Source: an uncultured Candidatus Saccharibacteria bacterium (GTDB lineage: Bacteria; Patescibacteriota; Minisyncoccia; Phycocordibacterales; UBA2100). Taken from it: 64,000 nucleotides of DNA. This document shows, one piece after another, positions 54,049 to 62,110 of the stretch. The position numbers were made by a program, and so were the translations under genes. Location: positions 6,189 to 70,188 of the forward strand of contig CAZYLZ010000004.1 of the NCBI GenBank assembly GCA_964648335.1, read 5' to 3'. Position 1 is the first letter of the stretch. Each line of letters begins with the position of its first letter. The notes under the pieces are model-generated. The model searched no databases, had not been told where the DNA came from, and was given only the letters and a program-made list of their open reading frames with translations.

Positions 54049-56082
54049 CTAGATATCCAAATTCGCTTCGCGTGCGTGCGACTGGATGAACGACTTGCGC
54101 GAGGTAACGTCATTACCCATGAGAATATCGAAGGTACGGTCTGCATCTTGTGTGTCGTCGATGCGCACCTGCTTCAATATGCGCCGCGCTGGATCCATCG
54201 TCGTCTCCCACAGCTCCTCGGCGTTCATCTCTCCCAATCCTTTATACCGCTGCACAGTGACTTTGGATTTCTTTACCGGTGCCTCTTCGTCGCCGATGTC
54301 TGTCGGCTCTTCGTCGACCGACTCTTCTGGTTCGGGGTTATCTTTGCCGGCGATGGCTACTTTTTCTTCTTCGGTGTATGCGTACGAGACTTCGCGTCCT
54401 TTGGTGACCTTGTACAAGGGCGGCTGCGCGATATAGAGGAAACCACCGTCGATGACGGGACGGAAGTAGCGGTACATGAGCGTAAGCAAGAGCGTACGAA
54501 TGTGGGATCCATCGACGTCTGCATCGGTCGCGATGATGATCTTGTGATAGCGCAGCTTCGAGAGATCGAAGGTGTCGCCGATAGCGGTGCCGAGCGCGAT
54601 GACGAGGTTCGTGATCTGCTCGGAGTCGAGCATCCGGTCGAGACGTGCACGTTCGATATTGAGGATCTTGCCGCGCAACGGAAGGATCGCCTGGTTTCTG
54701 CGATCGCGGCCGGCCTTTGCCGTTCCACCTGCGGAGTCTCCCTCCACGATAAAGAGTTCGGCCTCTTCGGCAGAGGTTCCGCGCTGACAGTCGGCAAGCT
54801 TCCCCGGAAGCGTCATACCCTCGAGTGCTCCTTTGCGGAGGATCGAGTCTTTCGCCGCCTTTGCGGCCTTGCGCGCCTTCATCGCCAAGAACGCCTTGCT
54901 TACGATCGCACGTGAGTCGTCCGGATGCTCTTCCAAGAACTGCGAGAGTGCCTCAGAGAATACCGATTCGACGGCGCCGCGTGCCTCGACCGATCCGAGC
55001 TTGCCCTTTGTTTGGCCCTCGAACTGGACTTCGCGCATCTTTACCGAGACGACCGCAGTGAGCCCCTCGAGCACGTCGTCTCCCGAGAGCGCCTCGACGT
55101 CCTTGGCGTTACCCTTCTTGGCGACGTTGTTGATGGTGCGTGTGAGCGCGGTCTTGAATCCAGTTATATGGGTTCCACCTTCCGAGTTGTAGATGTTGTT
55201 GGCAAATGCGCTGATGCGCGTCGTCATGTCGTCGACGTACTGGAGAGCAATCTCCACCTGCACGCCGTCTTGTTCTTTCTCTACGTAAAAGACGTTCTTG
55301 TGGAGCGGGCTCTGGTGGCGGTTCTGGAAGTTTATAAGCGACGCGAGACCTCCCTCGAAGTAGTACGTCTGCGACGGAGCCTCGATACCGAGCTCGCGCA
55401 GGTACATGACAGATGTGTCGTCGAACTTAGCCTTGACCTCGCGCATGTCAAGGATTGCGATGCGAAGCCCCTTTACAAGGTATGCCTGCTGGCGCAGGTG
55501 CGAGACGATGGTATCGAAATCGAAGGTACGGTCGGGGAAGATCGATCCGTCAGGTTCGAAGGTGATGATGGTGCCGTGGAGTTTCGAGGTGCCAACCTTC
55601 TTTCCTTTGGCGACCGGCTTTCCACCGTTCTTGTACTCCTGTACGAAGCGCTCGCCGTCGCGATGCACCTCGGCGCGTACGTACGTAGAAAGCGCGTTTA
55701 CCACAGACACTCCCACACCATGGAGTCCGCCGGATACTTTGTAGCCTTCGCCACCGAATTTTCCTCCGGCATGGAGGATGGTCATGACAGTCTCCAGGGT
55801 CGACACCTTGGTCTTGGGGTGGATGTCGGTCGGGATGCCGCGGCCGTTGTCGACGCAGCGAATCTTGCCGCCGGGCAAAAGCGCTACTTCGATATCATCA
55901 CAAAAGCCGCCCATCGCTTCGTCGCGCGAGTTGTCGAAGATTTCCCAGATGAGGTGATGCAACCCCGAGATGCCGGTGGTACCGATGTACATTCCCGGAC
56001 GCTTGCGTACCGCCTCGAGTCCCTCGAGGACAGTGATCGAGTCTGCGCCGTATGATCCAGGTTTTGATGTATCTTTTGCCAT
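54049..56082 (-). CDS. gyrB: DNA gyrase subunit B.
   Basis: GHKL ATPase motifs (GLHHLIWEIFDNSRDEAMGG; GGKFGGEGYKVSGGLHGVGVSVVNALS), TOPRIM (EGDSAGGTAKAGRDRRNQAILPLRGKILN). Start MAKDTSKPGSYGADSI at 56082; the ORF-track start at 56169 is probably upstream. No gyrA adjacent. Confidence 0.9.
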   Translation of the reverse strand: MAKDTSKPGSYGADSITVLEGLEAVRKRPGMYIGTTGISGLHHLIWEIFDNSRDEAMGGFCDDIEVALLPGGKIRCVDNGRGIPTDIHPKTKVSTLETVMTILHAGGKFGGEGYKVSGGLHGVGVSVVNALSTYVRAEVHRDGERFVQEYKNGGKPVAKGKKVGTSKLHGTIITFEPDGSIFPDRTFDFDTIVSHLRQQAYLVKGLRIAILDMREVKAKFDDTSVMYLRELGIEAPSQTYYFEGGLASLINFQNRHQSPLHKNVFYVEKEQDGVQVEIALQYVDDMTTRISAFANNIYNSEGGTHITGFKTALTRTINNVAKKGNAKDVEALSGDDVLEGLTAVVSVKMREVQFEGQTKGKLGSVEARGAVESVFSEALSQFLEEHPDDSRAIVSKAFLAMKARKAAKAAKDSILRKGALEGMTLPGKLADCQRGTSAEEAELFIVEGDSAGGTAKAGRDRRNQAILPLRGKILNIERARLDRMLDSEQITNLVIALGTAIGDTFDLSKLRYHKIIIATDADVDGSHIRTLLLTLMYRYFRPVIDGGFLYIAQPPLYKVTKGREVSYAYTEEEKVAIAGKDNPEPEESVDEEPTDIGDEEAPVKKSKVTVQRYKGLGEMNAEELWETTMDPARRILKQVRIDDTQDADRTFDILMGNDVTSRKSFIQSHAREANLDI

Positions 56083-56250
56083 AGTGTTATAGAAATTTTT
56101 GCAACAGTCTCCCCCGAGGGATTCGACCCTGAGTCCCAAAAGTATACCAAATTCAAGTGTGCAATGCACGGGACAAGGGACACCAAATATGTTGCATTTG
56201 CTCGATTTTTCTGATGTACTCTAGTGAGTAAGCAGCGAGAGGAGAACATA

Positions 56251-56736
56251 ATGAACATAGAACACCAGTGGCTTCCGCAAATATCGAGGCAGTCGCTCGC
56301 CTATGTGAGCTCCGCCGATACAGAAGATATGGCACGGCTCGTTCAGCAACTGTCGCCCAAAGCCCCGCCCTTTACCGACCAAAAGCTGCTCGCACTTCGT
56401 CGCTCGGCCGACATCATCCTGATGCGCGACAAGGACGTTCCGCGAGGTTCTTGGTCGGAAACCGGTCAGGAGCGTTTTAAGATAGTGGCCATGACCTGCG
56501 TCTTCCCGATGCATCTACCGCAAGGATTGCGGCTGCATATCGAAAATGTCGTCGTTGACGAGGCATATCGAGGCAAAGGAGTCGGCAAGCACATGATGAA
56601 ATGCATCGAAGCTTCGGCGCTCATGATGGGTGGCGAGCGCCTGCAGCTGACCTCGAGCAGGCCCGACGCGCAAAAGATGTATCTTTCGCTCGGGTTTACG
56701 ACGCCCAAAACCCAGCTCTTTCGCAAGAGCCTGTAG
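56251..56736 (+). CDS. GNAT-family N-acetyltransferase.
   Basis: Acetyl-CoA binding motif VVVDEAYRGKGVGKHMM. RBS gagaggagaacataATG. Confidence 0.65.
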   Translation: MNIEHQWLPQISRQSLAYVSSADTEDMARLVQQLSPKAPPFTDQKLLALRRSADIILMRDKDVPRGSWSETGQERFKIVAMTCVFPMHLPQGLRLHIENVVVDEAYRGKGVGKHMMKCIEASALMMGGERLQLTSSRPDAQKMYLSLGFTTPKTQLFRKSL

Positions 56737-56741
56737 AAGGA

Positions 56742-56778
56742 AGAGACCCGAAGCATGGCTTCGGGTCTCTGTTTTTTG
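56742..56778 (+). terminator. Rho-independent terminator (bidirectional context).
   Basis: agagacccgaagc-atg-gcttcgggtctct + GTTTTTTG. Confidence 0.75.
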
Positions 56779-56782
56779 TGAG

Positions 56783-57781
56783 TCAGCGGATGCCTTGCGC
56801 CAAAAGCGACAAGAGTGCCATACGAATCGGCAGTCCGTTGTTGGCCTGCTCGAAGTACTTGGCACGCGGGTCGCTGTCGATGCATTCGGGCAGCTCGGAG
56901 TTACGGGGCAGTGGATGCATGATGATCGCATCAGGCTTCATCGAGGCGACAATCTTGGGCGTGAGATTGATCTGTTCTTGCGCACGTCTCCATCGCTCTT
57001 CCATAACATGTGCCTCACCAATGAAGCGCTCCTTCTGGACGCGAGTCATGTACAGGACATCGATGTTTTTGGCGACGGCAGCAAGATTGCTGCTTTCGGA
57101 AAAGTCGACCTCGTGCTCGCGAAGATGGTCCTTGATTCCTTGCTTTATCTGAAATTCCTCGGGCGAGACGAACAAGATTTCGTTCCCTGAGAACTTGGAC
57201 AAGATATAGGCCAAGGATCCGCATGTTCGACCATGCTTGAGATCGCCCACGATTGCAACCCGCAGGTTGGTGAGGCGCTTATAGTGCCTTTTTATGGTAA
57301 AGGCGTCCAAGAGCGCCTGTGTCGGATGTTGTTCTTTACCATTGCCCGCGTTGATCATCGGCACGTGAAGCTTATTGTGCCCACTTATGCTATACGGATA
57401 TGCTCGCTCGCACGCATCGTCGTCTTTGTGGCGCATCACGAGCATGTCGCAGTTGCCAGCGAGGATGCGCGTAGTGTCCTGGAGCGATTCGCCTTTGACA
57501 GCCGACGAGAACTGCTCTGCGTTTTCGGTTGTAACGCATTCGCCGCCGAGGCGCTTTACCGCGCTTTCGAACGAAAAACGCGTTCGGGTCGACGCCTCGT
57601 AAAAGACGATTCCGACGACCATCCCGCGTAGTACGTTGTCGTAACCGCGTAGACCGTATTTCTGCATGTCCTCGGTACGCTTGAACAGGTGCTCGAGATA
57701 CTCGGGCGAGAACTGTCGGGTGTCGATTACATGCTCGTACGGCGAGATGTCTTTGGCCTTGATAGCCAATCGATGTGGCAT
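56783..57781 (-). CDS. pyrB: Aspartate carbamoyltransferase catalytic subunit.
   Basis: STRTRFSFE carbamoyl-phosphate motif; HPLPR (ATCase-type, not HCLP). C-terminal MHPLPRNSELPECIDSDPRAKYFEQANNGLPIRMALL matches PyrB. No pyrI or other pyr genes adjacent. Confidence 0.8.
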   Translation of the reverse strand: MPHRLAIKAKDISPYEHVIDTRQFSPEYLEHLFKRTEDMQKYGLRGYDNVLRGMVVGIVFYEASTRTRFSFESAVKRLGGECVTTENAEQFSSAVKGESLQDTTRILAGNCDMLVMRHKDDDACERAYPYSISGHNKLHVPMINAGNGKEQHPTQALLDAFTIKRHYKRLTNLRVAIVGDLKHGRTCGSLAYILSKFSGNEILFVSPEEFQIKQGIKDHLREHEVDFSESSNLAAVAKNIDVLYMTRVQKERFIGEAHVMEERWRRAQEQINLTPKIVASMKPDAIIMHPLPRNSELPECIDSDPRAKYFEQANNGLPIRMALLSLLAQGIR

Positions 57782-57847
57782 CGTACCTCTCCTCTGCTTC
57801 TATTGACCTAAAGGATGGTACATGGTCTTAGAAATTTTGGCAACCGT

Positions 57848-58258
57848 CTAATCACCAAAGTTCATGGGTGCGTTATTGGGGTCTTGGGGCGGACTGCAGG
57901 TCACCGGCGTAGGCATGTCGGCTCGCGTTATGGCTACCCCTTCGCCCCTAAAGGTAAAAGTCGTGTGCTGATCTTTGTATACCCTGCCCGAAGAGCTTGG
58001 CGTAAGTGTAACCTGCTTGATAGCGACGCCGTCGACGACGATCTGGGCACTTTCCATGTCGGTACTGAATGCCGCAACAAAATGTGATCCGTCGTTGCAC
58101 AGAAACGGCGCTTCGATAGTCTGCGTCACGGCCGAGATTTGTACTGCGCGCGCAGCAGGAGCTTTGGCATCGTCTTTCTTTCCAAACACGCTTATGCCGA
58201 CAAGCACAAGAAAAAAGATACAGAGACCGGCGAGCACATGGTTTTTGTTAAGCTCCAT
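57848..58258 (-). CDS. Membrane-anchored or secreted protein with an MliC-like (C-type lysozyme inhibitor) domain.
   Basis: Signal/TM MELNKNHVLAGLCIFFLVLVGISVFG. Paired Cys (FLCNDG ... VTCSPP) and the SSSGRVYKD...FTFRGEG pattern resemble the MliC SxSGAxY/KG motifs. Confidence 0.45.
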   Translation of the reverse strand: MELNKNHVLAGLCIFFLVLVGISVFGKKDDAKAPAARAVQISAVTQTIEAPFLCNDGSHFVAAFSTDMESAQIVVDGVAIKQVTLTPSSSGRVYKDQHTTFTFRGEGVAITRADMPTPVTCSPPQDPNNAPMNFGD

Positions 58259-58326
58259 GGAGGTACAAAAAGTATACATCGCACCGGTGCCAACGGAGGC
58301 GTCTGCATATGAATTCTGTTTATAGC

Positions 58327-58354
58327 AAAACCACCCGTCGAAACGGGTGGTGTG
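58327..58354 (-). terminator. Terminator hairpin for the small basic protein gene.
   Basis: On the minus strand, ccacccgtttcgacgggtgg is followed by TTTTGCTAT. Confidence 0.5.
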
Positions 58355-58362
58355 GTCAGCAC

Positions 58363-58532
58363 TTAGCAGGCGCAGATAGGAAACATCGAGTTCGAGTTGG
58401 TGCTCGATGTAGATGGGGCCGACGTGCGGTCGTACGGCACATGTTGCCGGTGCGTTGAAATTTTGCCGCGCTTTGCAGGCCTTTTAACAGGGCGATTGAC
58501 GAAAGGAACCTTGGGCTGACGAATCTTGAGCA
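58363..58532 (-). CDS. Small basic protein (56 aa), possibly ribosome-associated. Function unknown.
   Basis: MLKIRQPKVPFVNRPVKRPAKRGKISTHRQHVPYDRTSAPSTSSTNSNSMFPICAC. Very good RBS (ccaaaggagtgttcATG) and terminator. Confidence 0.4.
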
Positions 58533-58582
58533 TGAACACTCCTTTGGTTGCAGGCCTCAAAGTACCTTTTTTTATTAAAATG

Positions 58583-58819
58583 TCAAATCTCGACCGGAGC
58601 AAACCGCGGTACCGTCTTCCCTTCGTATTCGACGGTCGCCAAAAACATAGCTGCCGGGCGTGCCCATACTGGTTTTGGACCGAACTCGGCCGAGTCGTAC
58701 TCGCCGCGGTAAATAACGAGCGGCTCCAGAGTCTCGCTGTGATGCGCGAGTGCGATCACCTCGTACATGTTCTTAGTTTTGTAGTGGCGGTAACGCATAC
58801 CCACCTGCGGCATTTCCAT
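58583..58819 (-). CDS. DUF1653-family protein.
   Basis: GMRYRHYKTKNMYEVIALAHHSETLEPLVIYRGEYDSAEFGPKPVWARPAAMF matches the DUF1653 consensus (YRHYKG..YEV...A.HSET.E..VVY...W.RP..MF). Confidence 0.55.
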   Translation of the reverse strand: MEMPQVGMRYRHYKTKNMYEVIALAHHSETLEPLVIYRGEYDSAEFGPKPVWARPAAMFLATVEYEGKTVPRFAPVEI

Positions 58820-58866
58820 GTGCACAACTATACCAGGCCAAGGCTCCTGCCCCGTATACTGACGGC

Positions 58867-59331
58867 ATGAAGCGACATCACAGCGCACTCATTCTTCTCG
58901 CTGCGCTCATCATCGTCTTTGCGTACGTTCAGTACTCGATAAAGACGCGCTTTATCTCGACCGACACCGTCGACGTCGCGACCACCGAGGTCGTGACCAT
59001 CTGCGGCAAAGAGCTCGAAACCGATGTCGTGACGATAGACGGCGTCGACGTCGCACGCGAGCTGGGAGCGATCATGACCAGCGAATACGAGGCAGTGGCG
59101 AATAAAGATGCGACAAGCTGCTTCGTGATGCAGGCGTATCTCGATGGCACGCGGATACGCACCTCGGTAACCGAGGAGATTGGCATTGACTCACCACTCA
59201 AGGGTAGGCACCTGTACCGCATCCGCCTCGACGACACGCAGTTCTTGCTGGACCGCGCAACACGGCAAATCTACAGCGTAAACACGATGGACGGCAGCAC
59301 CCGCGATATCGTCGGCATCTTTGCCGACTAG
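58867..59331 (+). CDS. Membrane-anchored hypothetical protein (154 aa).
   Basis: N-terminal TM MKRHHSALILLAALIIVFAYV. Intact ORF. Confidence 0.45.
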   Translation: MKRHHSALILLAALIIVFAYVQYSIKTRFISTDTVDVATTEVVTICGKELETDVVTIDGVDVARELGAIMTSEYEAVANKDATSCFVMQAYLDGTRIRTSVTEEIGIDSPLKGRHLYRIRLDDTQFLLDRATRQIYSVNTMDGSTRDIVGIFAD

Positions 59332-60035
59332 AACGGCTGCACTACCCCTTTGTGATCGACGAATGCACCCGAAACCAGGGTGTCTTTTTTTGCCGTAAGC
59401 AGTGCAAAGATGTCGCGTGCAGCGTCTGTGGCAGCAATAGGCGCCGACGTGCCACCCATATCGGTAGCGACCCAGCCCGGGTGTATCAAGACCGATGTGA
59501 TGTCTTTGTTGCGTATGCCGAACGACGCGAATGCGTAGTTGAGTGCAGCTTTGCTCGCACCATACGCCCAATGGTCGGCATAGTATTGGTTGCCCTCTCC
59601 CACAGTAAGCGCAGACACCGATCCCATGATCGACGTGATAGAGGCGACGATCTTGTCGTTACCGGCATGAAGGTTTTCTAAGAGAGCATTGGCCAAAAAA
59701 GTGGGACCGATGGCATTGGTCTTGAATATGGTATCGACAGTGACGAAATCGCTAGTGATATCGTCGTCATCGACCGAGGTGCTGTCGTAGAGCCCAGCGT
59801 TGTTGATGAGGATGTCGAGACCGACTCCGGAAAGCGATGACGCGAGCGCTTGAATAGACTCTTGGCTCGTGACATCCAAAGGCACCACGATGGCGGACGC
59901 GTCTGCCACCAAGTCCTCGGGCATGCTGCCAGGGTCGCGCACCGCGGCGTACACCTGCCACCCTTCGCGCAAAAAGACCCGAGTAAGTTCGAGCCCCACC
60001 CCGCGCCCAGCCCCGGTTATGAGTACGGTTTTCAC
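59328..60035 (-). CDS. Short-chain dehydrogenase/reductase (SDR) family oxidoreductase; GTG start.
   Basis: TGAGRGVG cofactor-binding motif, NNAG motif, catalytic Yxxx K region (YGASKAALN). Confidence 0.8.
   Translation of the reverse strand: MKTVLITGAGRGVGLELTRVFLREGWQVYAAVRDPGSMPEDLVADASAIVVPLDVTSQESIQALASSLSGVGLDILINNAGLYDSTSVDDDDITSDFVTVDTIFKTNAIGPTFLANALLENLHAGNDKIVASITSIMGSVSALTVGEGNQYYADHWAYGASKAALNYAFASFGIRNKDITSVLIHPGWVATDMGGTSAPIAATDAARDIFALLTAKKDTLVSGAFVDHKGVVQPF
60005..60034. repeat. Native 5' end of the SDR gene (first 10 codons), duplicated in diverged form at 60979-61008.
   Basis: gcccagccccggttatgagtacggttttca versus gcccagtctcggtaatgagtacggttttca (27/30). The copy reads ATGAAAACCGTACTCATTACCGAGACTGGGC (MKTVLITETG) versus the native VKTVLITGAG. 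Confidence 0.75.
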
Positions 60036-60123
60036 AGAGTAATACTAACACCCAACATTCATCAGGGTTACCCTTGTCCGCACGTCGACCTCCATGATGA
60101 TCGCCCAAACTACATGCACCGAT

Positions 60124-60157
60124 AATGTCCTATAGGACATTATCGGTGCATTCAAAA
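60124..60157. repeat. Perfect 34-bp palindrome gcaccgataatgtcctataggacattatcggtgc, between PaaX-like gene 2 and the SDR gene. Putative operator.
   Basis: Exact reverse-complement symmetry. Same family as 60755-60786 and 60841-60874. Confidence 0.8.
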
Positions 60158-60190
60158 AATCGCAAAAAAATAATTGGTACCGCAGTATAC

Positions 60191-60754
60191 TTAACGAAGT
60201 GAGAAGTGTGACCTAAGATCGCGGTCGTTCTCGATCGATTCTACAACCATGTACACAAGATGTTTTCCTATCCCAAGTTCAGTTTTTAATAATGTAAGCA
60301 GATCCTCGCAGTCGTAGGGATGAATCCAGACGCTATCTTGTAAACGCAAGAAGCCGGCGAGCATCAAGATTTCTCGAAGACGAACTCGCAGTTTCCGCCG
60401 TTTCTCTGGTATATCGAACACAACCACACGCCATCGTTCGTCCCACAGACGTGCACGACGTATCGCAAAATCCTCGAATACAAATTGTGACATCCTTCGC
60501 TCACCAGCTCTTGTGAGCGAATAGCCCTTCTCAGACCGTATTACCAAGCCGTTTTCTACCAAACGCTCAAGCGATCGGCCAAGGCTCGCCTTATGTCGTT
60601 TTCCCGGCACCATGCCGAGCCTCTGCATGGCACCGAGGATGTTTGGCACTACTAAGGCCACCGCTAAGACTCCCGCGAGTTTTATCGCATTAAGCAAAAG
60701 CTTTTGCTCGGGCGACAACCTCTTCTTCCTACCTTGTTCCTCAACAGCTCCCAT
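60191..60754 (-). CDS. PaaX-family transcriptional regulator-like protein, short form. Paralog of 37639..38220.
   Basis: WDERWRVVVFDIPEKRRKLRVRLREILMLAGFLRLQDSVWIHPYDCEDLLTLLKT (PaaX central/Cas2-like motif). wHTH ...LERLVENGLVIRSEKGYSLTRAGERRM. Confidence 0.6.
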   Translation of the reverse strand: MGAVEEQGRKKRLSPEQKLLLNAIKLAGVLAVALVVPNILGAMQRLGMVPGKRHKASLGRSLERLVENGLVIRSEKGYSLTRAGERRMSQFVFEDFAIRRARLWDERWRVVVFDIPEKRRKLRVRLREILMLAGFLRLQDSVWIHPYDCEDLLTLLKTELGIGKHLVYMVVESIENDRDLRSHFSLR

Positions 60755-60786
60755 ACGCCGATACTAGCCTATAGGACTATATCGGT
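60755..60786. repeat. Degenerate copy of the 34-bp palindrome (cgccgatactagcctataggactatatcggtg), abutting the start and RBS region of PaaX-like gene 2.
   Basis: 26/32 identical to 60125-60156. Centred on tcctatagga. Confidence 0.6.
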
Positions 60787-60840
60787 GTAGTTGCGTTGCC
60801 ACGAGGATCATTGCGCGTAATTCTTCTGTCTTTTTGGCTT

Positions 60841-60874
60841 TTCTACCAATACACCGATAACATCCTATAGGATG
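60841..60874. repeat. Perfect 34-bp palindrome acaccgataacatcctataggatgttatcggtgt, a variant with the central tg/ca dinucleotides swapped.
   Basis: Exact dyad. Differs from 60124-60157 only at the inner NN positions (CA...TG versus TG...CA). Confidence 0.8.
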
Positions 60875-60978
60875 TTATCGGTGTATTTGGAAGCGGATAA
60901 TGCTAAAAAATGGGTGCTAGAGATTGACAGAGATGGAGGCTAGAGTATTTGATGCTATCATCTGCCACACTTCCAACC

Positions 60979-61008
60979 CTGCCCAGTCTCGGTAATGAGT
61001 ACGGTTTT
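60979..61008. repeat. Diverged duplicate of the SDR gene 5' end (pseudo-start ATGAAAACCGTACTCATTACC...).
   Basis: See 60005-60034. It lies 944 bp away, on the far side of the PaaX-like cassette. Confidence 0.75.
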
Positions 61009-61060
61009 CATCCTTTAGTGTAAACCTAATAACTCTAGCAGGCGAACAAATGAGTCGACT

Positions 61061-62104
61061 TTAAAAAGGAATATCATCAATACTTATGTCAGGAGGTCGG
61101 GTAATTTCTACAGGTGTAAGTACCATCGGGCGTGGTGGCGATTCAAGGCCCAGTATACGCTTGGCACGAGCAAGTACATGATCATACGTCATGATTGCGA
61201 GGTTATGGTACGAAGAATTTACAATTCGATAGGCTTCATTCTGTGAAGAAGTCCAGTCCGCTGATCGCCCAAAGACTAACACGCAGCGTGGTTTTACAGT
61301 CTTTACATATTCGATCCTTTCAAGAAATTTGACACTGTTTGCCTCGCGCTCAAGCTCATAAACATACCTATTTGCCTGTGTTATTGCTTTCGTTAAATCC
61401 GGCGATGGAATATCATTCCCATGATCCTGACTATTCGCCCAAAACGTGAGGCCACCTCCGGGCCGCTTTATCTCAACAACATCCACGAAGCCATCATAGG
61501 CCTGCATTAAATAGTCTGAGACATGCGCTGTATCAATCGATCTCTCGTCCAGTATCTTTACAAACTCTGTTCCTAATACCCAATGATTCTCTTTAAACCA
61601 TTTCTGCCAACTACTTTCAGTTAAATCTTCACCCAGCATGCGCTCGAAGTCTTCCAATGCAGAAACCCTCTTTTGCTGGTCTAGACTGAGTAAGATATCT
61701 CTCGGTAAAATTGAGTTTTCATTTATGAACTTCAGAACACTTGTCTTGTCAGGATTCTCGAAGAGTGCCTTGATATGCTCAATATCGCCGCCATCAAATT
61801 TCTGATCAAGAGGGATATATTTTTTTACCCCATCTATTAGAGGAGCATAATTCTCACCTATAAATTTAACTAAAGATAAAAATTCTTCATTATCTAATGT
61901 GAGCTCGCTCTTCGGAACAGTAACCTCTGGCGATTCGGCCCCAACCTCATTCTTATAACGACCAATCTTGAGATTTATGTCATCAGTTTTTCCGGAATTA
62001 TGCGGAACCCTCCAAAAAGAGGCTCGTGTGACAACGGTTTTTTTCCTTTTTAGAACAGTGTGCAATGAGCCTATGCCTCCCTTACTTTGTCGCACCTCTT
62101 TCAT
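61061..62104 (-). CDS. PD-(D/E)xK nuclease-fold protein resembling the Shedu/DUF4263 defense family. The gene is AT-rich (about 42% GC versus about 58% for flanks).
   Basis: ESSWQKWFKENHWVLGTEFVKILDERSIDTAHVSDYLMQAYDGFVDVVEIKRPG has a D...(D)hhEhK nuclease motif preceded by a W..F..N.W.LG segment. Visibly lower GC than neighbours. Confidence 0.5.
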   Translation of the reverse strand: MKEVRQSKGGIGSLHTVLKRKKTVVTRASFWRVPHNSGKTDDINLKIGRYKNEVGAESPEVTVPKSELTLDNEEFLSLVKFIGENYAPLIDGVKKYIPLDQKFDGGDIEHIKALFENPDKTSVLKFINENSILPRDILLSLDQQKRVSALEDFERMLGEDLTESSWQKWFKENHWVLGTEFVKILDERSIDTAHVSDYLMQAYDGFVDVVEIKRPGGGLTFWANSQDHGNDIPSPDLTKAITQANRYVYELEREANSVKFLERIEYVKTVKPRCVLVFGRSADWTSSQNEAYRIVNSSYHNLAIMTYDHVLARAKRILGLESPPRPMVLTPVEITRPPDISIDDIPF

Positions 62105-62110
62105 GATGCG

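Noticed and set aside
53911-54915. 334-aa + strand ORF
   Set aside because: It overlaps gyrB on the opposite strand for most of its length. No motifs, and no room for a real gene.
56105-56140. tRNA-like T-arm sequence (gagggattcgaccctgag) in the gyrB/GNAT intergenic region
   Set aside because: Only a short T-loop-like stem is present. No acceptor stem, anticodon arm or CCA context of a complete tRNA could be folded. Probably promoter-region sequence.
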